Part shown: positions 63,053 through 64,000 of the stretch, one piece after another
Position numbering within the stretch: position 1 is the stretch's first letter
How the letters are laid out: each line of letters starts with the position of its first letter
DNA from: Mobula hypostoma
Taxonomy: Eukaryota
Direction: 5' to 3'
Assembly (NCBI RefSeq): GCF_963921235.1
Contig: NC_086107.1
Span: 99,016,001 to 99,080,000 of the forward strand
Length of the DNA: 64,000 nt
Program-made: the position numbers and the translations under genes
The notes under the pieces: model-generated
Database searches by the model: none
Seen by the model: the letters and a program-made list of their open reading frames with translations, nothing else
What the model was told of the DNA's origin: nothing

Positions 63053-64000
63053 CTAATTGTTCTATTTTTATCACTCTTATCTGTTTTTGATTCTGTTCCC
63101 TGCAAAACTGCGGAGGTGTGGTTTCCATATCGAGAGATGTTTGTGTATTTGTCGACTTAACGATAAGATTAACTGATGCGAGAGCAGCAGCCACTCATAG
63201 CTCAGGAACTGTCTCAGGCCCACTGGACTGGCACGGAACCAGCGACGGGGACGGGCACCTGTGTTCCAAACAGTGGGAGGAAGCGTTTGTAGGCAGGACA
63301 GGGCCAGTGACCCAGAGCCCCGACTAACACTTCATAAACAGGTTCGAATCCCACCACAGCAACTGTGTAATTTAAATTCAGTTGAATATCTGAATTTTTT
63401 TTTAAATGCAGGTAACAACAGGACAACAGCGTTGCCAGATGCCCCCATCAGGCCTGGCACCTATCGCAGGGAGAGGAATAGTCAGTGTTTCAGGTCAGAA
63501 CCAGGGAAGTGGGAAAGCAATCAGCCTTTAAGTTACAGAGAGGGAGAGGGGTGGAGTGAACTCTGACCCAGGTTGTCATGGCAACCATTATTATAAGTTC
63601 TGGCCACACGTCATCTCCAAAGATTCTTTCCTGGAGCCAGGCAGCTTCTCAACAAAGCCCACTCAGGTGTAATATCCTCACACTCCCTGCACAGCATCCA
63701 TTAAATGATCCTCCCTGCTGTCCTTGTCCTGCTGATAATTGCTGAGTCTATTCGTACGTTCACATTTATTTATGTGTGACTGTACTGGCAATAAAGTGAA
63801 TCTGATTCTGACTTATGAGACGAGAAAGGAGACAACATATCCGGCAGCGTTCATGGACAGACGGTGAGAACTTGGTTACCTGAAATAGCTGAACTCTGCA
63901 CTAATTCTTCATAGCTACAGTGGGCCTGGACCAGAAGATCAGGTGCTGTTCTCAACCTTATTTTGGGCATTGTCGGCACAATGCGGAAGGCCGAAGAGAG

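Noticed and set aside
56529..63090. 2175-aa and 1544-aa L/S/P-rich ORFs and many E/R/G-rich minus ORFs
   Set aside because: C/T-only (or G/A-only) sequence cannot form stop codons. The ORFs are open in several frames and have no domain.

Overview
Repeat-dense vertebrate genomic DNA, most likely from a cartilaginous fish (shark or ray). This is inferred from the HE1/V-type SINEs and the abundant CR1, Rex1/Babar-like, Tx1-like and Penelope-like elements. Only one host gene piece is recognisable: the terminal coding exon of a RASD-family small GTPase (RASD2/Rhes-like, minus strand, 52771-53300). Its first coding exon is not visible and probably lies beyond 64000. Its intron holds a ~7.5 kb almost pure C/T tract. 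The best-preserved element is a compact 4.25 kb Ty3/Gypsy LTR retrotransposon (21035-25285, minus) with ~98% identical 230-bp LTRs, a GGCCC target-site duplication and a decayed gag-pol. It has no tRNA primer-binding site; instead that position is complementary to its own LTR over the poly(A) signal, suggesting self-priming. Its RT motif is YLDN. Several Penelope-like termini carry degenerate minimal hammerhead-ribozyme motifs and form inverted pairs. The rest is nested, truncated retroelements, a Tc1 remnant and tandem repeats. Family calls come from motif recognition by eye, with no database search, and boundaries of old repeats are approximate.
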